NCBI RefSeq assembly: GCF_006345805.1
Contig: NC_043000.1
Span: forward strand, 55,428,001-55,492,000
Source of the DNA: Octopus sinensis
Taxonomy: Eukaryota
Length of the DNA stretch: 64,000 bases
Direction: 5' to 3'
Shown piece by piece: positions 39,941 through 53,299 of this stretch. The notes below the pieces were generated by a model. It worked only from the letters and a program-made list of their open reading frames with translations, searched no databases and was not told where the DNA came from. Both the position numbers and the translations under genes were made by a program. Position 1 is the first letter of the stretch. Each line of letters begins with the position of its first letter.

Positions 39941-40924
39941 CACTATTACTATCAAGGGCTTCAATTTCATTACCACCGTTATTCACAATATTTGTTTTTT
40001 TTCATGGTCACTTATATGAGGTAGCGATTATCAGTTTGCGTAATTACCAATGACACTATCACTAGATGTATCATCAATCAGAGCATAGACAGATTCCAAC
40101 CGCTTCCTTTCATTATTATCATCACTGATATTATTATTTTCATTTTTTACTACTATTTGTCAATGTTAATATTTCCTCTGATCCGACATGTATTTTGGCT
40201 AAATTATTATTATTATCATTATTATTATTATGACTAATAATACTATTATTATTATTATGTCCATTTATTATTAAAATGTACTATGGAATGTTGTTTAGTT
40301 TCACCTTTGTCTTGTACTTGAGATGGTCGTAAATATATGAGTGCTTAAGGGAAAAGTAGGAACAAGATAGACATCTTGTTGAACAGACTAAATCCCACAG
40401 GTTTGTAAATAAATTCAGTAAATGGTTAAGAGATCAACAATGAGTATTCCTGTGCGATGAGGAGACAACAACGGCCTCACACCCTTAGGATCAGCAGTGG
40501 TCAAACGTGTTTACTACAACTAGCGACCAATGAGAGCGTTCAACTTGGCCTTGTAAAGAACCAAGTCATCTTGGTCTATTTTCATTGCTATATATATATA
40601 TATAAAATACATACATACATATATATATATATATAGGTATGTATTAGAAGAGTTTAAAACCTCTAAGGGATATTTAAATGCAAAGGCGCTCCTGGTGATT
40701 ACCTGAGTAGTCCTTTGTAAAGTTGTGCGGCTGCAGGTAGTTCGGTGGGTAAACTGTAGTTTAGGTTATGTACGAGAAGAAAATCGATGTAAAGAACAAA
40801 GAGAAACCCGTCGTTTTCGCTGGTTTTCAGTTTTTGTAATTATGCAGTTTGTATATATTGCCTGGTGCTCACCTCCTTAATGTATAGTTGTTTTGTTTAT
40901 CTTGCATTTATTTGTATTGTTACA

Positions 40925-41340
40925 ATAAAAGGCATGTTTACATATTCGGGTAGTCGGGTGAAAAAGGAAGATAAAATTTTCACACAGAATTGTAGATATT
41001 AAACTCTCTAAATATTTTTGAGATGTTTGTATGTCCGATGAGAGAAGACTGCGGTGTTTTTGCAATAAAAAGGATGTTTACATTTTCGAATACTCGGGGA
41101 GGAAGGAAAGGAAATAAAAGGAGAGCAAAATTTTCACAAAAAATTGTAGATGTTAAAGTTTTAAAATTTACTAAAGATGATCTTTTATATGTCCGAACAG
41201 AGAAAACTGTAGTATTCTTAGAATATAAAGGATGTTTACATTTTCGAATACTCAGGGAAGAAGGACAGGTTAGGTATTCACAGAAGTTTTAGATATTAAA
41301 GTTTTTAAAGCTGATCGCTTGTGAGTTCGAAAACAGTAGA
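40925..41340. repeat. Diverged minisatellite, 3 units of ~140-158 bp
   Basis: AATAAAA.G.ATGTTTACAT.TTCG..TA.TC.GG...TTCACA.A.AA.TT.TAGAT.TTAAA at ~40925, ~41065 and ~41223. Confidence 0.8.
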
Positions 41341-41511
41341 TATGTAAGTTTCCTACATTATTTTGAGGGACATTTAAAGTACTCACAGGAAATTGTACAT
41401 ATTCCACTTTTTGAAAGTTATTTTTCAGTTTTCCTGGTGGCTTGTAGTAGTGTTGCTGTGTCTTCAGCTGCTGACTGGTCAGACCAGCGAAGAACATTAT
41501 TATTTTTTTTT

Positions 41512-41657
<146 letters not shown>

Positions 41658-42381
41658 TTCTGCAGCTACCAAAATAATTTAGAAAAGTTAAAACATATTT
41701 GAAGTTCTGATATAGAAAACGTGTAAATTGCAAACCTTTGTGAGAACAAAATATTAACTTTCTCTGTCTTACGTGTTGTTTTCGGAATTTTAGTCGGAAA
41801 AAAAATTATGAACTGAAAAAAATATATCGTATGAATGATGCAAAAAAGGTAAAATATTTTCTCATTAACTGTAAAGAATAATTGAAAAGATATTTATTTC
41901 TTTTAGTTTTGTCATTTCTTCGGGATTAACAACTGATAGAATTCGTGACATTGCTTTATTAGTTTCAGACAAAGTCAGAATATATTGTGTTTAATTATTC
42001 GCTTATTTTGAATTATTTTCCTTTTCTTTGCAATTTTAATGCATTTTTATATATATTTTTGCATTGCAACCAATTAATTTATGTTCACTCTACATATATA
42101 TTTTAAAAAAACACCGATTACTGTATAAATTAAGTTGCCATTGATTTAATTTCATTCATGTTAATTTTCATCTCATATAAAATTATCACATCTAACGTTA
42201 TATATACGCTATCTGATACAGGCACGCACTCATACGCATAAATATAAATGCATGCATCTTTGCGTTTGCGGGCGCATATGTATGTGTGTGTATATGTGTG
42301 TGTGTGAGTCTGTGTTAAATAAAATGAGAACAAAGCCAAGGTTATGTTGGATTTTCAGGACAATTATAAAGAGAAAGTTAG

Positions 42382-42427
42382 TCTTACCGCTGTTTCTGGG
42401 ATATCAGGGATATTCCTTCATCAGAGA
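42382..42427 (-). ncRNA. Minimal type I hammerhead ribozyme motif
   Basis: tct-CUGAUGA-a-ggaatatc-cct-gatatccc-a-GAAA-cagcgg-UA-aga. Core is exact, stem II pairs 7 of 8, triplet is GUA, stem I is tct/aga. Confidence 0.7.
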
Positions 42428-43078
42428 GAATGTGATATGGTTAAATAGAGGTAAATAGTAGAGTTCAATATATGAGGAATTATTCTGAAAAAGGAAGGAA
42501 ATAAGAAGTATAAAGTAAAATAAGAGCATCGAAGTAAACATTAAAATATATATAGGATGTTATATTTGCAGTTCCATTATCCAAGGAAAAGTGGTGCGTA
42601 GAAATAGTAAAAATACTTCTTAGATCTACCTTAAAGCTATCCTACTCCTCAGTGCCCAACTTTAACTCTCTCATAATAACCTCTAATAGACGAAAACTTT
42701 TCTCAAAACTTACACTGGAACAACTCTGAATACACGAGCGCCCAGCATATACATAGCAGCATGCTCCATAGTAGATTCAGGGCTTTCATACCAGGTCAAT
42801 GCTCAGTCTGTAAGCTATGCCCAAAGAGGCATTCCACATATTAAAACACAACTCTTCAATACTACTGAATATATATAGTGAGATCCAAGGTATATGTAAC
42901 CTCCGCTTTTTTCATATGTCCAAATTTGACCACATATCTAAATGCAACCTGTCACCACACAGTACATATCACGAACACCTCTTCGATAAACTCCAGCAAT
43001 CCTATTTGACAATCCATTATCTCAGTTTTTAATTGTTTCCAAATACACATATGGACATGTAAGTATGTGTGCGTGCAC

Positions 43079-43115
<37 letters not shown>

Positions 43116-43117
43116 TA

Positions 43118-43154
<37 letters not shown>

Positions 43155-43182
43155 ATATGTATGTATACGTGTGTATATGTAT

Positions 43183-43672
43183 ACAAGAGGAGACATTGAA
43201 GGAAGCGCAGAGAAAGGAGGGAGTATGGACAGTTGCTGGGAAAAAGAGAAAGGACAGAAAGAGGTGGAACCACAAACCGCCCCACCCCACTCACACCCGC
43301 TCAGTCCCACCCCTTATCCGCAGACACCAAACTCACCCATTCCCCTTCTTTACAAAACAAAAAGACAGAAGAAAGGAAAGTGTACGCGAACTTAAAAAAG
43401 TTACCGGATAGTACGAGGTACAAAGACTTAATAAAGTAGCATAGATAGGATATATTAAGGGACACACCTTATAAATGGTGAAAGGAAGAAATGAGGCTGC
43501 TTGGTGGGGCAAGTAGTCCATTTTCATATTCATTTCATTGTTTCAATGCTTGTACATCTTACGCTTTCCATTTTAATTTGTATATTTATTTAATTGTCTG
43601 TGTTATTTTTGCATGTCCCCACGTATGTTGTACTAAAACCTGTATATACCCGTTATGGGAAATAAAGAAATA
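43183..43672 (+). mobile_element. 3' part of an ORF1-only retroposon, diverged relative of 43689-44854
   Basis: Shares AAAGG..AATGA.GCTGCT..GTGGGGCA, TTTTCAT..CATTTCA and CCCCAC.TATGTTGT, and a terminal AATAAA, with the downstream copy; ends at AGAAACGTTAGCACGC. Confidence 0.65.
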
Positions 43673-43688
43673 AGAAACGTTAGCACGC

Positions 43689-44854
43689 TATTCGGTGTTT
43701 GTTAGTTATTTTGATAGTAATCTTCACGGTGTTAATATCGTTGTGGTTTTGTGTCCGTGTTTTTTTAATATTTTATAAATCTCTTTGCTGCTTTGCAGCA
43801 ATTTGTCTGTGCTTCCCCTCCTCATAGATGAGGGACCGTTTAGTGAAAAAAATGTCTGAAGAAGATTTCAGCTTTTCAGATATGTTGTCTACAGATATGT
43901 CGTTCGGAGTAGTGGAGGTGAGTTTCAAGGGAAAATCAACAGCAAAAAAGCACTCAGCGACTACCATTAAGAGTGAGGAAATGGTGCTTTTGCCCACTTA
44001 CCGTGGATAACGTGCGACCACAGTTAGGGTGGAGGGAAAATCCGCCTGAGATAGATGTAGCCTGGATAGCAGCCGCTGTCCTTCTGGGAAATGAGGACAA
44101 CATAGCGGTTCTCCAGGCCACAAAAACGCAAAGTGTTATATGGAAGGGACAGATACTGGACATAATTATTCAAGGTTCAACCGAAACCCTAGAAAACTTT
44201 ATAGAAACAATAATTATGGACGACGTGACACTGTGGGTCAGGGTGGAGGACAGAATCAATCGATGCTTTAAATGTGGTCTGAAAGGCTAAACCAGGGCGG
44301 ACAGCCCTTCACAGACCGAAAGGACGGATATACAAGCGGAAGAGCCCCAGAAAGAGAAAGAAAATAAACAGAAAACAATATCAACAGAAGTAGAGAAAAA
44401 AGAAAGACAACGAATGGGAAACAATAGGAAAAAGGAACAAGAGAAAAAGAAAAAACTTAAACCCCATAACCACATTATCCCCATGACATGACAACATAAA
44501 GGGATGGCACTGTTGTACGTTGTGCTCGGATGAACAGAAAGAAAAAAAAACAAGATTTACAAGAGGATATAGGTTTTGGGAGGTGAAATAGGATTGGGAC
44601 GTATTACAACACTATATGACATACGAGGAAGTGGTGGAAGAATTTTTAATCTATATTCTAGCGGGAACGAAGTTTAAAAGGTACTAATGAAGCTGCTATG
44701 AAGTGGGGCAGAGTGGCTTCATTCCATTTTTCATTTCACTTTTCATGTCATTTTTTCATACGTTGGTTCTAATTATTTCCTCTGTTTCTATAACCCCACA
44801 TGTTGTGTGTTGTTCCCTCTGTGTTCGCCCCGTAGTAGGTAATAAAAAAACTTT
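43689..44854 (+). mobile_element. ORF1/Gag-like (zinc-knuckle) non-autonomous retroposon with 16-bp TSD, inserted in a SINE head
   Basis: AGAAACGTTAGCACGC at 43673-43688 and 44855-44870. Broken ORF from 43828: FGVVEVSF..LLPTYRG*RATTVRV/PPEIDVAWIAAAV...RCFKCGLKG*TRADSP (decayed CX2CX4HX4C), then a K/E-rich tail. AATAAA lies near the 3' end; no RT is present. Confidence 0.75.
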
Positions 44855-45050
44855 AGAAACGTTAGCACGCCGGGCTAAATGCTTAGCGGCATTTCGTCTG
44901 TCTTTAGGTTATGAGTTCAATTTTCGCCTCCGTTGACTTTGCCTAGGCGATAAATTAAATACCAGTTGCGAACTGGAATCGATCTAATCGACGGGCTTCC
45001 TCTCCAAAAAAACTCGGGCCTTGTGCCTAGAGTAGGAAAGAATTATTATT
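44855..45050 (+). mobile_element. SINE family A, interrupted at its A-box
   Basis: GAAACGTTAGCACGCCGGGCTAAATGCTTAGCGGCATTTCGTC..GAGTTCAA..GACTTTGCC..GGCCTTGTGCCTAG. Confidence 0.82.
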
Positions 45051-47524
45051 CTACCAGTATTCGTGTTGACATTGTTTATTACTACTTTTGTGCTCATTGA
45101 TGTCTCTAATGATCGTGTAAAGACTCGTCTGAGTGTTGTCACATATTTCTTGCATTCGTTTCATTAAATGTTTCAATATTGAACTTTCCCATAGGTAAAC
45201 TGATTATTCACTGCTTTGTTGTTGTGCTAGTGTTTGGCATTACGTCCTTAGTGATATTTCTACTGTGGAGGTATTTGTCACTTATACATTAATTGCAGTT
45301 TCCCTTACATGGTTTGGATTTTACCATAGTGCTCTACTTTGGAGTGGTATCGTCTACTTCCCGGTTTCTATTTATTACATATATTTCGTGAGAGTAATAC
45401 TGGTCTTCTAAATGTAATTTTTTATAAACATTTCATAGAATAACGAATATTATATTCAAATATGCTGACGGCTATGTTGTACGGATTTGACAATTTCTAA
45501 GCCATGCGTCCGAACTTAAGATCGTATACCACAATTAAATACAATAAGGTTTCATCTTTGTCTCTTCAACGTTTGATACTTCCACCCGGTTGTCATTGCC
45601 ATCAATAAGTATTACTCAGCAATATTTTAGAAAGTTTGATAAGTTCTATTAATATGAACAAATGCTATCACACATCATATATTTTCAAAGCATATTAATT
45701 GTATAATTAACTGCTATCATTAATTACAAAAGACAGGTCTCTGAACATATTAGGCTTTTGCATATATGCTTTAAAACGTTCTAGAAAGACATAACATGCG
45801 TATGTGTAAGTATATATATATATATATATATATATACATAATACATATATATATATACATATATATATATACACATATATATTATATATATATACATATA
45901 TATATATGTATATGTATATATATATATGTGTGTGTGTGCGCGCGCACATATACATATATGCTAACGCGCACATGGTTGTGTAAGGATGTCTTGTTCTTTG
46001 GAACTAACACAAGTAGTAATAATATTATATATGCAGTCTTCCAAATATATTTATATTTGGGTATATGTGTATATATGTGTGCATACCTGAGTGTATGTCT
46101 GCCTTTGTGTGTATGTATATGTACGTCTGTGTGGCTGTGTTTATTCGTATATATGTTTATATGTATGCATGAGCACTTAGACGCAAAGGTTTATATTTCT
46201 TTCACAACAAATTATCATGGATTGCTGCTTATGAATTAAATATATCGATATATGTTTCTTAATTTACTAACAATAAATTCTAAATTACACTGCGCTAGGA
46301 TACTACAATTAATAAGTTTGCACGGCAAACTGTATTACACATGGTTGCATCAGACCTTTAGATTCAGTTTATACATAAAATAAACACATAGTAACACCAT
46401 ATAAAATATTATTCCCAGTTGCTAGGTAAACGAAACAGATTCTTAACACTCTTTGACAAACCTTTTGTAATATTGATTTAAAAGCTCTATGCCGTGGTAA
46501 TGGAGCTGATTAAATAATATAAATTTATAGATTATTGCATAGGATCAGTAGAACACATATGCATAATAGCTAAAGTAGCAAAATATCACATAGCTTTATT
46601 GTTTTGTTATTGGCTATAATTACCAGAGGAACTTATTAACACTACCTTTACTTAACGAAATCTTCTGTTATGAAATTTCAACAGCAGCGTTGTTTTAAAT
46701 GTAATAATCACCCTCACGTCTTTATAACTAATCGTAATCGCTGTACTTCCAGTTACATGGATGTTAATGGTAATTTGGCTCCGAAAGCACACTGTATGTG
46801 TGACGCGCATGTGCGTGTGTGTGTGCGTATGTTGCGTGTACGTGTGTGTGTGTGTGTGTGCATGTAGAAGTTTGAAAAGTAACACTCGAGTTATGTATAA
46901 GGAAAATAAGACAAGGTAGAAAATGCTAACATAATTTTATCGTGAAATATATTTTGTCATGGTTGGTACCAGCTGCAGTCTTTTCGAGTTATTCAACATT
47001 TAAACAAAGGTGGACATTAATTGAGGAGAAAAACAAATTTAAAAGAGAATTTTAAAGAAAAATTTTTATCAAATGTTTTGTACATATTTCCATAATCTTC
47101 AAATAGGATGACTTTTTCCTTTTTTCTATAACTTTGTCTTTTCCTTTGGAAGGCTCGGTGGGTAGTAGCAGGTCTGAGAAAATAATGTTTATGGGTGCAA
47201 AGAAATACTTGGTTTTGAAATTTGATAGTTTAAGTAGCAGCAGCCGAGCAAAGAGAAAAATAATAAGAAGAAGAACAAGAACAAGAAGAAGAAGAAGAAC
47301 AACAACAACAACAACAAGAAAAGAAGAAGTCGGGTGTGGTATGTCCCAGTAGTAGTGGTTGTTCGTGATAAAGATATATATATATATATAATGTTAATAG
47401 AGTTAGAGGTTTTACTACCGCTATAATTACCTATGTTAACCCTGGGCATACATATGCAGGCATATTATGCTCATAGGTTACAGGCTATTACAAAGTTAAA
47501 CATGAATTTATATAGAATCAAATT

Positions 47525-48230
47525 TAAAGTAAACAGAAAATGGAGAACTATTGATCAACAACAATTGAATAACGCCGATTATTACTCTTTAAAACAAACA
47601 GACTTTATGCCATCTAACAGCTGTTTCTGCTTCCAATGTTCCACAGAGTTGCCATTGAAAATTCTGAAAATAATATTCATCATATTTGGCAACACATCCG
47701 ATCTCGAACATGAATCTTCATCCAAGTGAAGAAAAATACATATGAGAAAAGAAAAGAAGAACAAGGAGGAGGAGGGCTTAATACATTTAAATCGTATCAT
47801 TTAGCATATGTGACACTTCAGGACATTCAATAAATTTTACTTTTGTATTACTTATACACCCTTTTACCCCTATAGAAAAATTAACCCACCAATTAATATT
47901 TTAAGTTTAGTCACTTACTCAACGTCCTGAAACGTCACATACGCGAAATTGTATGATTGAATTATACTAAATCTTTCTTCTTCCTCTCGAGGCTCTTGTT
48001 CTTTACTTTTCTTCTATGTATTTTTCTCTACTGTGATTAAGATCCGTGTTCCAGATCGGATGTGTTGCCAAATATAATGTATATCATTTACAGAATTTTC
48101 AGTGGCAATACCGTGGAACATTGAAAGCAGAAACAACTGTTAGATGGGATAAAGTCTTTTTGTGTTAAAATGTAATAATCGATGTTAGTCAATTTTTGTT
48201 GATCAATATTTCTCCATTTTTTGTTTACTT
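47525..48230. repeat. Long diverged inverted repeat: arms ~47525-47850 and ~47894-48230
   Basis: ATCTAACAGCTGTTTCTGCTTCCAATGTTCCAC vs GTGGAACATTGAAAGCAGAAACAACTGTTAGAT; ATTTGGCAACACATCCGATCT vs AGATCGGATGTGTTGCCAAAT; ATGTGACACTTCAGGAC vs GTCCTGAAACGTCACAT. Confidence 0.88.
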
Positions 48231-48261
<31 letters not shown>

Positions 48262-50389
48262 TTGTGCTTCTGTGGATAAAGATTTCGTTGACTCTTATTT
48301 CTAGAAAAGCTGGTGTTTCCTGCACCATTCGACATTTTTTGGTGACGGTGAATTATTTCCTTCTTGGTTTTGAATTGCATCAAGCCACCTTAATTATTAT
48401 ATAATTTTCACATTACCATTTTGCGGAATCAGCCACTGATTCGTCAGGCAAACTCAATATACACTGACCGGGTGGAGTCCAGCCTCACCACCCGCGATCG
48501 AATAAACATTATGATGTGAATTAAATTCCATGCGAAATTGGCATCACAAGTTGGGTATTTACACTTAGAAGACGGAAAATAGGTCCCAACAGGCATATAA
48601 ACATATGCAAATACTTATAAGAAATATGCATACGCAGTAGAATACATGAAAATTAGTTTTGATCTAATTGTATCGAAACATTTCAACAGATCTTCATACA
48701 AATTAAATATTTTGGGCTATAATATAGCTTTGCAATTATTTTTTGATATCTTTACAATATCAGTTGAAATACATCAGGGATTAGCAGTCTTCTAACATTT
48801 CGGAGTCGATAAAGAAATCGATAATATTGATGCATTCTATGCTATTTAAACTCCTCGACTAACTGGATATTTTGGTTTTGCGTGCCCATCATGAAAAGCA
48901 AAGTTTTTATAATATGGTTCCATTCTTACAAGAATGAGTTTTATGAATGAATCTTAGAGCAGAGACAACAGATTTCTCAATCACACACCCTCTAATATTT
49001 TCCTTAGCTCTTATGTTTCAGTGTATTCTGTATATATTCAATAGCCGAGATAATTTTAATATACATATCCCTAAGTATTTTCAGTTTTTCGGACAAGTGT
49101 AAATACTGACTCTTGTTCCTATTTCTTTTTATTCAATTCTCTTGAGAAGAGGCATCGGAAATTTGTCATATTATATTCTTCTATATATTTTCTCTGATCA
49201 AATTAAGTTTTTGTTCCTCTTTATAACGTCTGTTTTCATATTATTGGTTGATTTACTCTAAATCCAGAATTCCTAATAAATTTTTTATTGCATCGAATTT
49301 TCTACACTGGTACATCTTTTTTTTTCTAAATATTTTGTCATATTGCTTTATTCTTGAGCTAAATTATTGATAATTTCCTCTAACTTGCAGCGCAACGGAT
49401 CGTTAACTTCTTCCTGGTTTTTTTATCTTTCGTTCAACAAGTGATTTTCCTAATAATTTTTCTTGAGCTATTGTGAGATTCACTCTTTCTCTACATAGCT
49501 TCTAACTTTCAAATAAGGAATATAGTTCCTGAAAAGTCACTCAAATAAATCTTATTTAAGTCAACGTGTGCATTCTATAATTCTTATTTCAATTGTTTGT
49601 ACACGTTTTTCTCTTTTGTCTCCTAGATATTTGTTATATAACTTCTAGAAGGCAGGCATAGATAAGCTTCTTTTCATTTCTCTTAAAATATATTTCTTGT
49701 ACCATAATAGCCAAGGGTACTCTATTTGCGACATTAGCAACTAATATATCTTTTCACTTCATGAATTTGCTTCGTTCATTGTATAAAACTTCACTCGGTA
49801 TGAATATTCTTTAAGTTGATCCTTTTTAATGATTTTCTTTATGGTTTAGTTTTTCTTCCAGTGATATTTACTTTCTGACATGAACTTTGACTGTTATTTC
49901 CCTTTGTTTAACCATGTCATTCTGCAATCCTCCCTCATATCTATGCCCCACACCCATACTTCTTTGGTGATCATATTGCTTTGTTATTTGGAAACTTATC
50001 TCCTTTAGACGTAAATTCCATTTCTGTATTACATGTTTGAATACGTGTTAATATTACAATATATTACAATATTGTGACCGGTAGAGATTAAGTAAACGAT
50101 TTACAAGAAAGAGATAAACATCCCTTCAAATCGTAACTCGCCGACCTGCGAAGAATATGCCCATCATTAATAATACATTTCGTGATTCGCTATATATGCA
50201 AAGTACATAAAACGCTTAATCCTAGTATACATTCGACCATATTCCTGTTCAATTAGAGTACACAAAGAACTAATCAACAAGAACAACATGACAATAGACT
50301 TAGCGAAAAACCCAGGTCCGTTCTAACATTCTAAATGCATTATAAAGTAATCGTTGATTTTTACTCGGTCCTTTAACTGATATTGCAAT

Positions 50390-53070
50390 CAGAGATGCGA
50401 CTGATGGGTTTTTTCACCTAGATCTGGGTTTTTTGAGCAATGATGATTTTATGGGTTTTAATTTCAAAATTTATATTAAATCTAGATTTGTAAGTTAGTT
50501 TTGGCTGCAAAGTTATATTTTAAAGAGAATTTGGTGTTATACACATTGTGTGTAATATGTACCAAAGTTGCACCTCTTCTAATACTTTGTAAACTTTCTA
50601 TATATCATCCATAATCATCTCACGTAATGAATAAATATTGTATGTGACGTAATTACTGATTGTAAGCATTCATTATTTGTTTATACTTCTATCATACCGG
50701 GCAACTACAAGTTACAACGCGTTGGTGACAGCTTGTACAACTGTGTCTGAGACTCTGACATCGCCAGTTGACAGCTTGACGGTGTTGATGGTGTACGCTT
50801 CGATTGTTATTCGCAATTTAAAATTTAACAACATTTTGAATGTGTGTTTTTGTTTTGTAACCCTTTGCAAAGTAATGGCAGACAATTGGGTGTCCAAAAA
50901 GAGGAAGTGGTACTCCAAAAATTTCAAGAAGTTTTGGTTGGAGGATACTGACTTTTAAGATTGGTTACGGCAAGATGATTAAAATTTTGACACCTGCTAC
51001 TGTGTTTGTTGCAACGATGTGTTGAAAAATGCTAACAAATCAATGCTGTTAGCCCATAAAAACACTGACAAACACAAGAAAGCTTTTGATTGTACGAAAT
51101 CTTCTATTAAATTAATTTCAGTTATTGTTAAAAAATCAGATGATACATTAAATGAAAACTAGCTAAGGCAGACTTGCTACAAACAGGTTATGTTGCTAAA
51201 ATCACGTACTTCTCGTCCATATAAATCACTTAGCTGAAATTTGTAAAAAGGCCTTTCCTGATAGTGAAATAGCTAAAAATCTACAAATGAAAAAGCATAA
51301 TTAACATATATTATGCAAGACGGAATTACACATTATGAACGAAATGACATCTTGGAAATTCTCAAGGAACAAGTTTTCATTACTGATAGATAAGAATACG
51401 GACATCTCAGTGACACAAATATTAGCAATAGTTGTTCGCTTTTTTTATGAACAATCGCTTAATGTCGAGGATGCTTTCTGGATGCAATTGTAGTAGAAAA
51501 TGTTTCGTCTCAGGATTTGTATGAAGCTGTCAAGTCTACACTTACAAAAGATGTATCTATGAACAGCGATAATTGCTCAACAATGATGGGTAATATGAGC
51601 GGGTTTCAAACGTTTATTGAGAAACAATATTCCGACTGTATTTAGAATAGGCTGTGTTTGCCATTCGTTTATACTTTACTGAAGTCATGCAGTAAAGACG
51701 TTACCTTCGTATCTCGGGTCCTTTTTAAAGGACATAGCTTCTTACTTCTCTTGAAGTAGCAAACGTCAAAATGACTTCAATATGATACAAAGTGTTGTTG
51801 GCAAAAAGAAAACAAAATTCTAAAGCTTTCGCAAACTAGATGGTTGTCGCGTGAAAATGTAATTAACGTTATAATACAACGGTAGGATGCCCTTGTACTT
51901 TATTTTCAGTCCGAGGCTGAAGTAGAAAAAGTGGACGGATGAAAAAGGATCTATGAAACAATGATTAACAAAGGAAGAAAGCACATGCGGCTCTTATTTT
52001 ATACATTATAGATAGTGAATGCTCTTAATGTCGAGTTTCAAACGGAACACTTTCGACTGCATCTGCTGCATGCACTCGTATCCAGTGAATATAAAAGTAT
52101 CCTTACTTGCTTTATAAAAGAAGATGTTTCAGTGTTATCTAAATTATCAGATATTGATCATAATAACACAACAAATCACAAAGATATGAATGATATTTAC
52201 CTCGGTGGATTCGCAATGAGATATCTTGAGCAAAACCCATCGTTGTTTACAAAAACTTTCAACTAGAAATATGCTCCCAAATAACAAAAGCGCTTTCACT
52301 CAATGAAGTTGGAGTGTTTGCTCTCTTAGAAGTACTTGATCCAAAAGTAGCGCGCGATCTCACTAACTCTCCTCAATCCATAATTCCCTTGGCATCAAAC
52401 TTTCCAGCAAATGCACTAGAAAACTCACTTGATGGAGTAGGCAATGAGTGGAGAGGATTTCGGCAATATAATGATATTCCCGTTTCCTCAAAAAGAATCC
52501 CTGAATTCTGGTATTCCATAAGCAATCTTAAAGACGGGCTTGACCACTTTAAATCTGAGATGCCGTCATAATTCATGACTAATTTAATGGTGTTACCTCA
52601 TTCATCAGCATGCGTGGTGCGCATATTTTCCCAAGTAATTTTCACAAAGACAAATTTCACTAACAGGTTGAATGCTGAAACAATTACCGATCGACTACTC
52701 GCTAAACAAGCTATTGCAAGAAAGGGAGTATCATACATTTCTTGGGAGCCGAAAGCTAAATTTATTAAAGATGTAGTGGATGGGTCTTGTCATCGTAGAT
52801 ATACGAATAGATTGAACCTCAAAAAGGAAGAAAATGAGTCTATCACAATTGAAGGCGTGGATGAAGATGATGTGGATATACACGAAATTGACAATTACTT
52901 ACCATATGATATAAAGTATTACATTCTATATTGATTTTGTCATATAACATATTTTATGATTAAATTAAAAATTATATACTTATTTTTAACATCTGGGTTC
53001 ATAAAATAGGATCTGGGTCAACAGCAGCAAATAATCTGGGTGTTTTATTATTTGATAAGTGGCAACCCTG
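50390..53070 (+). mobile_element. Full-length decayed hAT DNA transposon
   Basis: Ends CAGAGATGCGACT and AGTGGCAACCCTG (consensus CAGGGTTGCCACT); TSD ATTGCAAT (50382-50389) vs ACTGCAAT (53071-53078); subterminal ATCTGGGT repeats at both ends. Confidence 0.88.
50875..52934 (+). pseudogene. hAT transposase pseudogene (many stops and frameshifts)
   Basis: N-terminal CYCVCC..H..TDKHKK zinc finger, LIDKNTDIS (DESTD-like), SDNCSTMMG, GCVCHSF (CxxH), QTRWLS, and the C-terminal dimerization motif LPHSSACVVRIFS. Confidence 0.85.
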
Positions 53071-53299
53071 ACTGCAATTAGTAACTTCGTTTGATGCTTT
53101 GTTATATACACACCTAAATATCCAGAAACCTTACAAAAATAGTACAATAATTGATAGTTTCGGAAAATGAAAATTCTCAGAAATTATTGTGATTCTTCTA
53201 AACTATCAGTCCTTAAAATACATGAGGACAAATATATTTCTGAGTTACTAGCTTCATGCCCTGGAGGAATGATTAAAACAACAGGTTAATTGCAGACCT

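Noticed and set aside
48420-48452. CTGACGA followed by a hairpin on the minus strand
   Set aside because: No GAAA follows the stem.
48900-49950. Pyrimidine-rich stretch suggestive of an old minus-strand LINE ORF
   Set aside because: Only a weak QE-like motif is visible and no chain of motifs could be read.
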